Shown here: in pieces, positions 1 through 10,617 of the stretch
Layout: each line of letters opens with the position of its first letter
How positions within the stretch are numbered: position 1 is the first letter of the stretch
DNA from: an uncultured Verrucomicrobiae bacterium
Lineage (GTDB): Bacteria; Verrucomicrobiota; Verrucomicrobiia; Chthoniobacterales; UBA10450
NCBI GenBank assembly: GCA_963735805.1
Contig: CAVTMK010000004.1
Location: 544,001-608,000, forward strand
Reading direction: 5' to 3'
DNA: 64,000 nucleotides
Notes under the pieces: generated by a model
Seen by the model: the letters and a program-made list of their open reading frames with translations, nothing else
The model's database searches: none
What the model was told of the DNA's origin: nothing
Made by a program: the position numbers and the translations under genes

Positions 1-335
1 CGATCCTCACCAGCCTGCAACTGATGATGGTGTCCGGAATCATGTATGTAAGCGGCCGTGAACGTAGCCTGCGTGCCGCCGCAGAATTCGCCGGCGCCCT
101 CGGTGCAAATGTCGGCGCGGCAATGCTTCTGCGTGAAGGCGCCCGCGCAATCCTGAAATTCTTTCCGGGGTGGGGAAACGTGGTTTGCGGACTTGTGGCC
201 GGATCGGGAACATACGCGATCGGTCGCGCTGCGACGGCGTATTTTATCGAAGGCGTGTCTCTAAAGGATGCGCGTCGCACGTATCTGACAAGCCGGAAGA
301 AACGTCGGCGCCAGGCATTGGAAGAAGCTCAATGA
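1..335 (+). CDS. DUF697/YcjF-like domain protein, 3' part (runs off window start)
   Basis: Open from window edge; 'LQLMMVSGI...KFFPGWGNVVCGLVAGSGTYAIGRAA' resembles the DUF697 C-terminus. Confidence 0.6.
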   Translation, partial: ILTSLQLMMVSGIMYVSGRERSLRAAAEFAGALGANVGAAMLLREGARAILKFFPGWGNVVCGLVAGSGTYAIGRAATAYFIEGVSLKDARRTYLTSRKKRRRQALEEAQ

Positions 336-506
336 GCGAAATGCACGGGCGTCGATCGACGAACTGATCACATCAGGTATATGCCTAGTAATCCCCCGTG
401 AATAACTTGTGAATAAAATCCGCTCGCACAGCGTATTTTGTTCACACGGTTTTGTGAACAAAAAGACTAATTTCGCCGGGTTCTCCGCTCTTTTGCCTTG
501 CTTTTT

Positions 507-1865
507 ATGAAGCTCTCCGACATACGGGCGACGCTTCAGGAAATACATGTCTCTCCGGTCAAAACGCTCGGCCAAAATTTTCTGCACGATCAAAATCTTG
601 CTCGATGGATTATCAATCAGGCGGAGATCGCCCGGGACGATTACGTGTTGGAAATCGGGCCCGGTCTCGGAGCGTTAACAAAACTCCTTCTCGATAAAGG
701 TGCGCGCGTTCTAGCAATCGAAAAAGACAGGCGCCTGGCCGATTTTTTACGCGAACGTTTCGGTTGCGAGCGACTGGAAATATTGAATATCGACGCGCTC
801 AAGTTCGATGCACGGGTATTGTTTTCGCATCGACGAGTTAAATTGCTCGGCAACCTTCCGTATAATATCTCCAGTCCGTTGCTTTCGAAGTTCCTTGAAT
901 ATCCAAGCCCTATCTCGCTGTGGTTGTTCACATTACAAAAAGAAATGGCAACGCGACTTTCCGCGCACCCATCTACGCGTGATTACGGTGCTCTGACATT
1001 GCGCATTCAGTTACATCATCATGTGAAATATCTGCGCACCGTTCCAGCAACCGTGTTCTTTCCGCGACCTGACGTGGATTCGGCGGTGCTGCGAATCTTA
1101 CCGCGAGACCTGCAGGAATTGCCTTCGCACGACGAAACGTTGCTCGTGAAATTGATTCGGCTTGGTTTTTCCCAGAGAAGAAAACAACTGGGAAAATTAC
1201 TTCGGGAGCACGTCGATGACTGGGACGCTCTTGCGCGCCATATCGCGCTCGATCCGCATACTCGAGCAGAAGAACTCTCCTTACTTCAATGGATTGCCCT
1301 GGCAAATTTCGTCGCGCCACCGCCGGCTCCCGAGATGTTCCTGGCGAACAGCGAGCGCTTTCCGGTCGTGGATAAAAACGACCGGGTTTTACGCGATTGC
1401 AGTCGCTCCGAGGTGCATGGGAATAACTTGCGCCATCGCGCCGTTCACATCCTGATTTTCAACCCGGCTGGGGAAGTTTATTTGCAGCAGCGCTCGCGTT
1501 GGAAGGATCGGCATCCTCTCAGGTGGGACTCAAGCGCGGCAGGTCACGTTGTCGCCGCGGAAAGTTATGACGAAACAGCGAGACGCGAGTTGGAAGAAGA
1601 ATTGGGAATCTCTGTTTCTCTTCAGAAAATTTCGAAGCTCCCTGCTTCAGAACGCACCGACCAGGAGTTCATCTGGCTTTATCGAGGCGAAACTGCTGGT
1701 CCTTTTTCACTGAACCGAACGGAGATCGAAGGGGGCACATTCTTTCCGCAGTTAGTCATCGATGGCTGGGTCGCGGCGCGACCAGAAGACTTTGCGCCAG
1801 GATTTATCGAATGTTGGAAAGTTTATCGTGAGACAGCCTGCGGCAATCGCGGCGTGCTTACTTGA
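507..1865 (+). CDS. rsmA: 16S rRNA m6,2A dimethyltransferase fused to a C-terminal Nudix (IDI/YfcD-like) domain
   Basis: LGQNFL, LEIGPGLG, GNLPYNIS motifs; C-terminal AGHV...ESYDETARRELEEELGI Nudix box. Confidence 0.92.
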   Translation: MKLSDIRATLQEIHVSPVKTLGQNFLHDQNLARWIINQAEIARDDYVLEIGPGLGALTKLLLDKGARVLAIEKDRRLADFLRERFGCERLEILNIDALKFDARVLFSHRRVKLLGNLPYNISSPLLSKFLEYPSPISLWLFTLQKEMATRLSAHPSTRDYGALTLRIQLHHHVKYLRTVPATVFFPRPDVDSAVLRILPRDLQELPSHDETLLVKLIRLGFSQRRKQLGKLLREHVDDWDALARHIALDPHTRAEELSLLQWIALANFVAPPPAPEMFLANSERFPVVDKNDRVLRDCSRSEVHGNNLRHRAVHILIFNPAGEVYLQQRSRWKDRHPLRWDSSAAGHVVAAESYDETARRELEEELGISVSLQKISKLPASERTDQEFIWLYRGETAGPFSLNRTEIEGGTFFPQLVIDGWVAARPEDFAPGFIECWKVYRETACGNRGVLT

Positions 1866-2097
1866 AACCGACAAACTTTCTTCGCGGTAAACGACGTAGT
1901 GCCGATCGCTTGAATTTTCGCGCGGCGCGTTTCGCGCCCTGTTTGCCGCCATACACGCTGTCGCTAAACATCCTCGTCACAATTTTATCGCCCCGAAGGA
2001 AGTGGACCTGAAATCCATGCGTCTGCTTCTTCGCACGCGCTTTTGTGTCGATGCGGCGGATGTTCGCCTCCGAATCAGGATTTGGACGTCTTCGCAT
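1858..2097 (-). CDS. small basic AP2-domain-like protein
   Basis: NIRRID..HGFQV...RMFSDSVYGGKQGAKRAA resembles the AP2 fold pattern. Confidence 0.55.
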   Translation of the reverse strand: MRRRPNPDSEANIRRIDTKARAKKQTHGFQVHFLRGDKIVTRMFSDSVYGGKQGAKRAARKFKRSALRRLPRRKFVGFK

Positions 2098-2127
2098 GAA
2101 GCGAAACTAACTGAACAATCCCAGCAA

Positions 2128-2904
2128 TCAACGAGGTAAACTCACGGAGCCGCTACTGCGGAACGCATCCGGGGAAGGCAGGTTCCAGGAACGCCATTTC
2201 TTATCGTACTCGTTAGCGGGCAACAATGCGTAACAGGGATGCCGTTTGGCGCGAAGCCAGGTAATCATCTTCGCAAGATTTTCCTGCGCCATCGTTGTGC
2301 AACCCGTGGTCGGCCGATTCACGCCGCGGCGAATATGGAAAAAAATCGCGCTGCCCGCGCCGGGCACCGGGGGATTGGAATTGTGGCGGATCTCAACGAG
2401 CCAATGATAAGCAAAATCACCCGAGCGCATTTTTTCGTGTGTGTAATTATCCGGCGGATTCTTCGGATCGATCACGACATGCCGGTTGTAGCTAGGCGAA
2501 CGCGGATCATCGCTCCAAACATCCGCTTCGGTTACCTGATGGTACGGATAGTCGCCGCCCGGAGGCAGGTGCGACTCGTAACCAAAAACCTGACCAATGT
2601 CGAAGACGCCTGCAGGCGCGCGACCGTCACGCTCTTTCTTCCGAAGCCCAGGCTCATTTTGTCCTGCCAGTCCCGTGCCCCAGGCGAGCCCATTTTTCCC
2701 AAACAACACGGGAAACGGTCCGGCAACGGCTGTCCAATCACCGCCGCGCGGACGTTCAAAGAGTCGCAGTTCGCCGCGCATTGAATTCCACGACGGCGCC
2801 ATGCCGGCGATGAGTTGCGTACAATCATCCGGAACACCATCTGCGTGTGCAGAAACACTAAGCAGCGTTAACGAACCAATCACCAGGCTGCGCAAGATCG
2901 ACAT
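2128..2904 (-). CDS. L,D-transpeptidase (YkuD-like) family secreted protein
   Basis: Signal peptide; KERDGRAPAG and GSAIFFH...PTTGC motifs. Confidence 0.85.
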   Translation of the reverse strand: MSILRSLVIGSLTLLSVSAHADGVPDDCTQLIAGMAPSWNSMRGELRLFERPRGGDWTAVAGPFPVLFGKNGLAWGTGLAGQNEPGLRKKERDGRAPAGVFDIGQVFGYESHLPPGGDYPYHQVTEADVWSDDPRSPSYNRHVVIDPKNPPDNYTHEKMRSGDFAYHWLVEIRHNSNPPVPGAGSAIFFHIRRGVNRPTTGCTTMAQENLAKMITWLRAKRHPCYALLPANEYDKKWRSWNLPSPDAFRSSGSVSLPR

Positions 2905-3023
2905 AGGCTTTTACAAGGAAATCATTTTAAACATTCCGCCACTTGTTTCACATTAGGAGTAACGATGTTGGCCATTCTTATTTGTCGGCCTCTCATCAGG
3001 TTGAGCCAAACGACGCTGTCCTC

Positions 3024-3455
3024 ATGAAAACACTACTCTTACTTGTAGCCATATTCCTCATTCTCGATGCCGCGATTGTTCCTATTTCGGCACAGACCGC
3101 GCGTGCGTCGCCCGCGGCAACAGTTTCGCCTCGGCCCACGCCGGGCAGAGCATCGCCGACTCCACGCGCGACTCTAACAGCCAGGCCACACGCGACTGGG
3201 TCTCCGGTTACGTCTGGCGCAGCGACATCAAGTCCGTTACCTGCGCGAGGACCCGACACACGAGGGACACCGGCTGCAATGGCTTCACCTGGTGGAGGCG
3301 CCCAGCTTGAAGGTGAATCGACCACCGCACGGCAGTCACCACTACCTGCAGCAACTTCGGCTGAAACGCCCAAACCAACACCCTTACGACCTCACCGGAA
3401 GCTGGAAAGGCGAGAAGGAAACACGCCTCAGGAGGGGTCCGGGGAACAGCGATAG
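3024..3455 (+). CDS. secreted Pro/Thr/Ala-rich hypothetical protein
   Basis: MKTLLLLVAIFL signal peptide then low-complexity sequence. Confidence 0.55.
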   Translation: MKTLLLLVAIFLILDAAIVPISAQTARASPAATVSPRPTPGRASPTPRATLTARPHATGSPVTSGAATSSPLPARGPDTRGTPAAMASPGGGAQLEGESTTARQSPLPAATSAETPKPTPLRPHRKLERREGNTPQEGSGEQR

Positions 3456-3616
3456 AGAATCCGATCTTCACTCCAGTCACAACAATAGGCTGAGAGCGTA
3501 AAGGTTCGGCGGTTCCTGGTGTTGTACTCGCCTCGCTTTGTCGAGGCGCTTTAGCACCATCGCCTTTTTGCTCACGGCGGCACAACGCTGTGGCTACAGT
3601 GATGGGTCGATAACGC

Positions 3617-4909
3617 TCAGCTGGTTTGGTTTTCCACAGCGGCGGTATCAGCCGGAAGATATTTCACCCCAATTAGCCAGGCGACACCTGATAGGAGAAT
3701 TATTCCTGACACGAACAAAAATGCCACACGCATATTCGTGTGGCCGCCGATATATCCAAGGAGCCAGAACGCCTGCACGTCGCCGAACGCGTGGATGACG
3801 AAGATGTTTGCAGCAAACGCCGTAGCACGCACAGCAGGCAGCGACACGTTGGCAAGAGCAGTGTTCGAGGGTCCTGTGTTCAGAAACAAGAAAAAGATCG
3901 CAAGGAACATGGTGATCCATGCCGCGGGGAACGGAATATAAAGGGTCGCAACGAAAAACGGACATGCGATGAGCATGCCAATTCCCGATACCCAGAAGTA
4001 CGAACCAGCGTAACGCGATCGCAGTTTGTCGGCGACAACCCCTCCCAAAAGGGTCGAGACCAGGCCCGCGACTACGGTGATCAAGCCAAAGATTGTCATC
4101 CCCACCTCGGGACTTTGATTTCGAAAACGGAGATAAGCGGGCGCCCAAAATCCCAAGCCGCCGGTTACAAAAGTCATCAACGTTTGGGCGACGCAGTTGA
4201 TGAGATAGGAGCGTGTACGGAACAGGCTGAGGTAGTCGCGGATGCTCTGCCGTGATGACTTTTGCACCAGGTTGTCTGCAGCGACGCGCGGATCGCGTTG
4301 CCAGAAGCACAGCAGACCCAGTAGCAAACCCGGCGGGGCAACCAGATAAAATGCCCAACGCCAGCCGAGATGCGCACCGATCAGTCCACCGACCACGTAT
4401 CCTAACGCGCTCCCAACCGGAATCGCTGCGCAAAAAACGGCCATGACGCGACCTCGTTTTTCGATCGGGAACAGATCGGACAAGATCGTCGGCGCCGCCG
4501 GGCCATAGCCGCCCTCGCCAATTCCAACGCATATGCGTGTTGCAAAGAGAATCGCGAATGTCGCGGCCAGACCAGAGCCGCCGCTGGCCAGGCTCCACAA
4601 AATCGCCGCCGAACCAATAATGATCCAGCGCGAGAATCGGTCCGCTAGCAACCCGAGAATCGGCGCGCTAACCATGTAAGTGACGAAAAACGCGTCGCCG
4701 AGGAAACCTGTTTTGGTCATGGCGTTCACGTCGTTGGCTGAAAAGAAAGTTGCGCGAATATCCGGCTCGAGCGCGGCGAGAACTTGCCGGTCGATGTAAT
4801 TGAAAAGATTGATCGCCAGGAGCAGAAACAGGGCAGTGCGCGCGCCGTTCATCGGTTTCTTCCACGCAGAATCCATTGGCAGTTGTGATTGCAGTTTGGC
4901 GGCCGCCAA
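3617..4909 (-). CDS. MFS transporter, spinster family
   Basis: INLFNYIDRQ, GLLADRFSR, GIGEGGY; about 12 TM segments; start may be further downstream. Confidence 0.9.
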   Translation of the reverse strand: MAAAKLQSQLPMDSAWKKPMNGARTALFLLLAINLFNYIDRQVLAALEPDIRATFFSANDVNAMTKTGFLGDAFFVTYMVSAPILGLLADRFSRWIIIGSAAILWSLASGGSGLAATFAILFATRICVGIGEGGYGPAAPTILSDLFPIEKRGRVMAVFCAAIPVGSALGYVVGGLIGAHLGWRWAFYLVAPPGLLLGLLCFWQRDPRVAADNLVQKSSRQSIRDYLSLFRTRSYLINCVAQTLMTFVTGGLGFWAPAYLRFRNQSPEVGMTIFGLITVVAGLVSTLLGGVVADKLRSRYAGSYFWVSGIGMLIACPFFVATLYIPFPAAWITMFLAIFFLFLNTGPSNTALANVSLPAVRATAFAANIFVIHAFGDVQAFWLLGYIGGHTNMRVAFLFVSGIILLSGVAWLIGVKYLPADTAAVENQTS

Positions 4910-4925
4910 TTGTAAATGATAAACG

Positions 4926-7133
4926 ATGAGTCCGATGTCTGCGGCTGAACGCGCGCTTTATTTTTTCGGACGGTTGCTGGTACGTTGCTTTTATCGGGTT
5001 ACTGCGCTGGGCTTGGAAAATCTTCCGCAGGGCGGGTTCCTCCTTTTGCCTAACCACATCACCTGGATTGATGCCATTGTTCTGCAGCTCGCTTGCTCGC
5101 GCCCGATTCGATACGTCATCGACCAGGAACATTATCATAACCCTGTCCTTCACCCGATTCTGCGCAGGTTGGGTTGTATTCCAATCAATACGCGCAATTC
5201 GCGTTCCGCTATTCGTGTCGCGGCGGAAAAAATTTCCGAGGGCGAGGTCGTCTGTCTTTTTCCCGAGGGTCAGTTGGAACGCACAGGGGTCCTTTTGCGT
5301 TTGCAACGGGGTTACGAATTGATCGCGCGCCACGCTCATGCACAAGTCGTGCCGGTTTGGCTCGATCAACTCTGGGGCTCGATCTTCTCATTCCAGGGCG
5401 GACGATTTTTCACGAAATTCCCCAGGCATATCCCGTATCCAGTGACGATTGCCTTTGGCAAACCGCTCAAAGCTGAGGCCGCCGACAATGCAACGGTCCG
5501 CGAAGAATTACTCAAACTCGGCGAATTTTGTTTTAGTCGCCGTCCATCATTAGATCGACATCTTGCCGAAGAATGCGTGCGTGGATTGAAGCGCAGACGA
5601 TTTGCGACGGCCGTGATCGACGGGACCGATCATAGCGAGTTGAGCCGGGCGAAGTTGCTTGGCGCGGCCGCCGCATTGAGTCGCTATCTTCGGAAAGAAG
5701 TTTCCGACGAGCGGATTGCCATCGTTTTACCTGCCAGTAAAGCATCGATGCTGGCGAACCTGGCTGTCACGCTGGCAGACAAAGTTCCTGTCGATCTCAA
5801 TTTCACCGTAGGTCGCGCAGCGAATGAATCGTGCTGCAAGCGCGCCAACTTGCGCGTCGCAATTTCGGCTGCGCAATTCATGGAACGGCTCAAAGATTTT
5901 CCGTGGCCGGAACGCGTTTTGAAATTGGAGGAACTCATCCCGCAGTTGAAACGCCAGATCCTTTTCTGGTGGATCGTGTCTGTCGTGGCTCCAACGCGTT
6001 TGCTCCTGCGTCTTTTGCAAATTCCAAAAGAAGGCGGTCACAGGGAAGCCGTGCTGCTGTTTACAAGCGGAACAACAGGAGAGCCAAAGGGCGTTATCGT
6101 TAGCCACCGTAATGTTGTGGGAAATGTCTCGCAGTTCCGGCAACTGTTGGACGCGCGAGAGACCGACGCCATCCTGGCGTCGCTCCCGTTCTTTCATACT
6201 TTCGGATCGACCGTCACGCTCTGGTATCCGCTCATCGAAGGCGTGCGAATTGTGACGTATCCCAATCCGCTGGAAGCGGCAAAGAACGCGGCGTTAATCG
6301 AACGATACAAACTGACGTTTCTCCTCGTGACTCCGACTTTTTTGCGAGTGTACCTACGCAAAGCGGAGCCGGATCAGCTTCGCAGCTTGCGCCTGATCAT
6401 CACCGGCGCCGAGAAATTGCCGCTCGATCTGGCCAGTCATTTTGAAGAACGCTTCCACAAAAAAGTCTATGAGGGCTACGGACTTACCGAAACAGCGCCG
6501 GTGGTAAGCACCAATCTGCCGGATCTGGAGCCGAAAAAGCCAGGAGAACATGTGCAACCTTCCAGTCGTCTGGGATCGGTTGGCAGATTGGCGCCCGGAA
6601 TGGCAGCGGAAATTCGCGAACCGGAAACGAACCGAAAACTTTCGCTGTACGAAACCGGGATGCTTTGGCTGCGCGGTGCAAACATTTTCGAAGGGTACCT
6701 GCATGATCCCGGGCAAACCGCGGACGTCCTTTGCGATGGCTGGTTGAAAACGGGAGATATCGGCCGGTTCGACGAGGACGGATTCCTTTACATCGAAGGG
6801 CGGCTCTCGCGTTTTTCAAAGATTGGCGGGGAGATGGTGCCGCACGAAACAATCGAAAGCAAAATTGTCGAGCTTCTCGGTTTGTCTGGAAGAGACGAGC
6901 GTCCGGTGGCTGTCATGGGCGTCCAGGACGAGGCCAAAGGCGAAGCGCTCGTTCTGCTTAGCGCAGTTGATATCGATCTCGCGCAGTTGCGCAGCAAGCT
7001 TCACGAAGCAGGCGTGCCGAACCTATGGATTCCCAAACAGGTCCAGCGCATTGAAGCAATCCCGGTTCTCGCTTCGGGGAAACTCGATTTGAAAAAATGC
7101 CAGGGACTCGCAACTGAAGGCCCGCGCACATGA
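4926..7133 (+). CDS. aas: bifunctional acyltransferase / acyl-ACP synthetase (Aas-like)
   Basis: NHITWID and FPEG PlsC motifs; FTSGTTGEPKG and YGLTE AMP-binding motifs. Confidence 0.85.
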   Translation: MSPMSAAERALYFFGRLLVRCFYRVTALGLENLPQGGFLLLPNHITWIDAIVLQLACSRPIRYVIDQEHYHNPVLHPILRRLGCIPINTRNSRSAIRVAAEKISEGEVVCLFPEGQLERTGVLLRLQRGYELIARHAHAQVVPVWLDQLWGSIFSFQGGRFFTKFPRHIPYPVTIAFGKPLKAEAADNATVREELLKLGEFCFSRRPSLDRHLAEECVRGLKRRRFATAVIDGTDHSELSRAKLLGAAAALSRYLRKEVSDERIAIVLPASKASMLANLAVTLADKVPVDLNFTVGRAANESCCKRANLRVAISAAQFMERLKDFPWPERVLKLEELIPQLKRQILFWWIVSVVAPTRLLLRLLQIPKEGGHREAVLLFTSGTTGEPKGVIVSHRNVVGNVSQFRQLLDARETDAILASLPFFHTFGSTVTLWYPLIEGVRIVTYPNPLEAAKNAALIERYKLTFLLVTPTFLRVYLRKAEPDQLRSLRLIITGAEKLPLDLASHFEERFHKKVYEGYGLTETAPVVSTNLPDLEPKKPGEHVQPSSRLGSVGRLAPGMAAEIREPETNRKLSLYETGMLWLRGANIFEGYLHDPGQTADVLCDGWLKTGDIGRFDEDGFLYIEGRLSRFSKIGGEMVPHETIESKIVELLGLSGRDERPVAVMGVQDEAKGEALVLLSAVDIDLAQLRSKLHEAGVPNLWIPKQVQRIEAIPVLASGKLDLKKCQGLATEGPRT

Positions 7134-7301
7134 TCGTTAAAAGATTCACCTGATGCCCGGGCGCGCTGCTGTTGTCTCATTTCAACTCACGAACGAAGAT
7201 CGGATCGCGCGTCGAACCCTTGTGCTTACCAAGACGAATGGCCAGTGGCTCATTATTCATCCGCGCGTTTCTGATGCTCCGGTCGCCGCGAAATCAGGGA
7301 A

Positions 7302-8342
7302 TCACTGACGAACAGCCGGATCTTCTTCTTTCAAACGCCAGGGTGAAATTTTTCCAAAGAGATCGCGTGTCGCGCCTGCAATGTCCTCGGCTTTCGATAC
7401 GCCGCTGTCGATGAGCGCCCGTCCAGTGCTTGCCCAAATCTTTCTCACGACCAGCGCGCCATTTTCGCGCACGATTCGACCAAGATGCTGAACCGCCGCG
7501 GCGGTAGCGGATTTGCGGATAAGTTCAGGCGGACATTTTGAAGTCAATTCGCAATAGCGTCGCGCGATTTCTCCCACGCGCAGCGTCAGGAACGCGTTTG
7601 CTGCGCCGTTGGAAACACATTTCACCAGGAGCGCCGAGATGCCACTTAGGCCTGGAATTCCGCCCTTGAGCGCCGGAACCACAGAGACAGCAAGCGGTGC
7701 GACCATCTCTCCAAGGTCAAGCGACTCCAGTCCGCTCGCGACAAAAGCTGTGCCGGCGACATTCGCATATAGCCTCGCTAATTCACGAGGCGAAGGGCGC
7801 TGCACATAAATCCGCGCGATGCGCCCGACCATTTGAATCTGAGTGAAAAGGACGATCAACCCATCCAGCCGGCCATTTTGCATCAGCGCCGTGGTAAGAA
7901 ACACTGCGCTTGCAGTTCTGCGGACGACTAAGTCCGCTTGAGTTGAAAGATGGCCGATCGCCTTTTCGATTTCGTCCATGGTGACGACAGGCAGATCGCG
8001 CGTTCGTGGATTGGCGGCGAGCCGGAGACGAAGAGCCTCCAAATAGGCGTCGTACATCGGACCAGAGTCTTCCTCAGGGGGACCCAGAGCGGCGGGAAGC
8101 CTCGCGTATGCAATTGCATAGTACAGGGCCAACAATCCGGCAGTCAGGCAAACGGTCCAAAAAACGATTGTGCCAGCAATGGGATGGATTCTGTCGGCTA
8201 GTGAAACCAGGCTGGCGACACCTGCGATGATTAATGAGACCAGACAGACCGTCATCGTCACAGCGATGACGATGATTATTCTTCTCGCACCGGAATTCTG
8301 AGCAGTAGCAGGGGCGTTCACCTCGTTCCGATTACTGTGCAC
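7302..8342 (-). CDS. YcjF/DUF697 family membrane protein
   Basis: Two N-terminal TMs; TALMQNGRLDGL and GAANAFLTLRVG motifs. Confidence 0.75.
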   Translation of the reverse strand: MHSNRNEVNAPATAQNSGARRIIIVIAVTMTVCLVSLIIAGVASLVSLADRIHPIAGTIVFWTVCLTAGLLALYYAIAYARLPAALGPPEEDSGPMYDAYLEALRLRLAANPRTRDLPVVTMDEIEKAIGHLSTQADLVVRRTASAVFLTTALMQNGRLDGLIVLFTQIQMVGRIARIYVQRPSPRELARLYANVAGTAFVASGLESLDLGEMVAPLAVSVVPALKGGIPGLSGISALLVKCVSNGAANAFLTLRVGEIARRYCELTSKCPPELIRKSATAAAVQHLGRIVRENGALVVRKIWASTGRALIDSGVSKAEDIAGATRDLFGKISPWRLKEEDPAVRQ

Positions 8343-8416
8343 TTCGCGCAGCCGGGTTCAATGGGGAAGGTGAATTTCGGGTTCGCGCCTCGCGCAATCG
8401 CACGCGAAGCTGCGCC

Positions 8417-9448
8417 ATGCAAAGGTCTCGCTGCATACCTGCCATATTGGGCGTTGCGACGGTGTCACAGCTGTTGGCTTGTTTCGCGCGCGCAGAGGAA
8501 AAACCAATGATGAAGGCGGTCGTCGCTCATGAGTACGGTGCGCCCGAAGTCTTAAAGTTTGAAGAGGTACCGCGACCCGAGCCGGGCGACGATGAAGCAC
8601 TCGTGCGCGTGGTCGCGAGCAGCGTTAATCCGGCAGATCCGCTCACACTTAGCGGCAAATACGCAAAGGAATTCGGCACGCACCTGCCATTGATTCCGGG
8701 CTACGACATCGCCGGCGTCGTTGAGAAGACAGGCGCAAACGTCACGAAACTCAAAGTCGGCGACGCGGTTTACGGTTACCCAACTTTTGGTGGCGCGTGG
8801 GCCGATTACGTCACGGTCAAAGAATGGGAAGTAGCGGCGAAGCCCAAGTCTCTCAACTTCGTGGAAGCGGCTGCGGTACCGATGGGTGCGTTAACTGCGT
8901 GGCAGTCTTTGGTGGGCGTGGCGAAACTACAACCGGGGCAAACCGTACTCATTCACGGTGGCTCAGGCGGTGTAGGGAGCTTCGCGATCCAAATCGCGAA
9001 AGCGCGCGGCGCACGCGTAATCGCGACCGCGTCGACTGCCAACCAGGACCTCCTGAAACAACTGGGCGCGGACGTAGCGGTGGATTATACGAAGACCAAA
9101 TTTGAAGATGTCGCCAAGAATGTGGACGCCGTTCTCGATCCGGTGGGTAAGGAAACACTCGCGCGTTCTTATGGTGTCGTGAAGAAAGGCGGCATTGTCA
9201 TGTCGCTGGTCGCGCGTCCCGATCCGGTCGAGCTCGAGAAACGCGGGATTCGCGGTACGGGCATCTCATCTCATCCGGACGCAAAAGACCTCGCAGAGAT
9301 TGCACAACTGATCGACGCGGGAAAAATCAAACCCACGGTGACGCAGGTTCTGCCGCTGAGCGAAGCAATCGCGGCGCAACAACAGGCTGCGACGCATCAC
9401 ACACGTGGAAAAGTTGTGTTGCGGATCGCAGACGAGCCCAAAAGTTGA
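8417..9448 (+). CDS. NADP-dependent oxidoreductase (MDR/quinone oxidoreductase family)
   Basis: SVNPAD, HGGSGGVGSFAIQIAK, TRGKVVL. Confidence 0.9.
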   Translation: MQRSRCIPAILGVATVSQLLACFARAEEKPMMKAVVAHEYGAPEVLKFEEVPRPEPGDDEALVRVVASSVNPADPLTLSGKYAKEFGTHLPLIPGYDIAGVVEKTGANVTKLKVGDAVYGYPTFGGAWADYVTVKEWEVAAKPKSLNFVEAAAVPMGALTAWQSLVGVAKLQPGQTVLIHGGSGGVGSFAIQIAKARGARVIATASTANQDLLKQLGADVAVDYTKTKFEDVAKNVDAVLDPVGKETLARSYGVVKKGGIVMSLVARPDPVELEKRGIRGTGISSHPDAKDLAEIAQLIDAGKIKPTVTQVLPLSEAIAAQQQAATHHTRGKVVLRIADEPKS

Positions 9449-9480
9449 CGTAGCACCCTCACGTTTGAAGTTCGCGTGAG

Positions 9481-9777
9481 ATGAAAAGCATATTTCTGGC
9501 GATTTCTTCGGCCGGTCAGAATCGAGATTTCTCAAAAGGCGCGCGCGAGCAACCCTTTTGGGATGAGCACGCAAAGTTTATCGATAAGCTTGTCGACGAC
9601 GGTTTCATTTTGATGGGAGGCCCGTTGGTCGATGAAGGCGGTTCTCTGTTAATCTTCAACGCTGAAGATGAAAACGAAGTGCGAGCGAAATTGAAGAATG
9701 ATCCCTGGACCAGACACGGCATCCTGAAACTGGAAAGCGTGAAGCGCTGGGAAATCTTTATCGATCACAGGAAGTAA
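9481..9777 (+). CDS. YciI family protein
   Basis: H...LMGGPL..GSLLI..DPW pattern. Confidence 0.75.
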   Translation: MKSIFLAISSAGQNRDFSKGAREQPFWDEHAKFIDKLVDDGFILMGGPLVDEGGSLLIFNAEDENEVRAKLKNDPWTRHGILKLESVKRWEIFIDHRK

Positions 9778-9835
9778 GACCTTTGTGCCGTGCGTCTCCG
9801 ATTGCTTGTTTTTGCTCTTCGCAATACAATTGGGC

Positions 9836-10129
9836 ATGACCGCCAACGAAATCATCAAGGAGATCAAGCGGCTCGATCTCCAGGACCAGTTGGGTGTGAT
9901 CCGTTTTGCTTATCAACTGGATGCTCAACGGCGGCTCTCCGGCAAAGAATTGGCCGAACTGGCGGAGCGAATGGTGAATGCAACAGATCGGACCGAGGAA
10001 GCGATCATTCGCGAAGCGATGGTTCGCGGTTTCTATAGCGCGACTGCCGGGCGCGTCGGATCAAGAGCGAAGAACAAGCGCGCTATCCCGAAAAGAAATA
10101 GGAACAAGCGTTCTGTAAAGCGAGTATAG
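9836..10129 (+). CDS. small hypothetical protein
   Basis: ATG at 9836; helical MTANEIIKEIKRL start. Confidence 0.55.
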   Translation: MTANEIIKEIKRLDLQDQLGVIRFAYQLDAQRRLSGKELAELAERMVNATDRTEEAIIREAMVRGFYSATAGRVGSRAKNKRAIPKRNRNKRSVKRV

Positions 10130-10176
10130 AGGCGGCTGTCTCCGCGCGGATTGTCCTAATTGTTTCGCTCAAATCT

Positions 10177-10521
10177 CTACAATGCACCGTGGAGAACTTT
10201 TTCGTCGATCGCCAGATAGTCGTTTCGCGGAGGGCTGAACGTATCGAGCACACGCGTGGGCAACAGCGTTTCCGCCCCGTGCGGAACATTGCTTGCGAGA
10301 TAAAAGGAATCGCCAGTTGAGAGCTCGTGCGGAACGCCATCAACGATAAGCCGCATTTGCCCTTCAATAATATGGACGATCTGCTCCTGCGGATGTGAAT
10401 GCGCGGGCATGACGCTCCCGGCCGCCAGCGTCGCCATCATCTGATACATGTTCTTGCCATGCGCCACCGTGCGGCGCGAAATCCCCGGACAGATTTCGAT
10501 CGTCGGACTTTCTCGTTTCAT
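10177..10521 (-). CDS. cupin domain protein
   Basis: HSHPQEQ...PH, LDTFSPPR. Confidence 0.88.
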   Translation of the reverse strand: MKRESPTIEICPGISRRTVAHGKNMYQMMATLAAGSVMPAHSHPQEQIVHIIEGQMRLIVDGVPHELSTGDSFYLASNVPHGAETLLPTRVLDTFSPPRNDYLAIDEKVLHGAL

Positions 10522-10617
10522 GTTGAGAAGGTTACGCGGGAAGGTTAGTCGCGCGAACATTTCTGGCTTCGCACTTGTTACTTGCCAATCGTCGTCGGTC
10601 GTTGGCAGAATTCCGGC

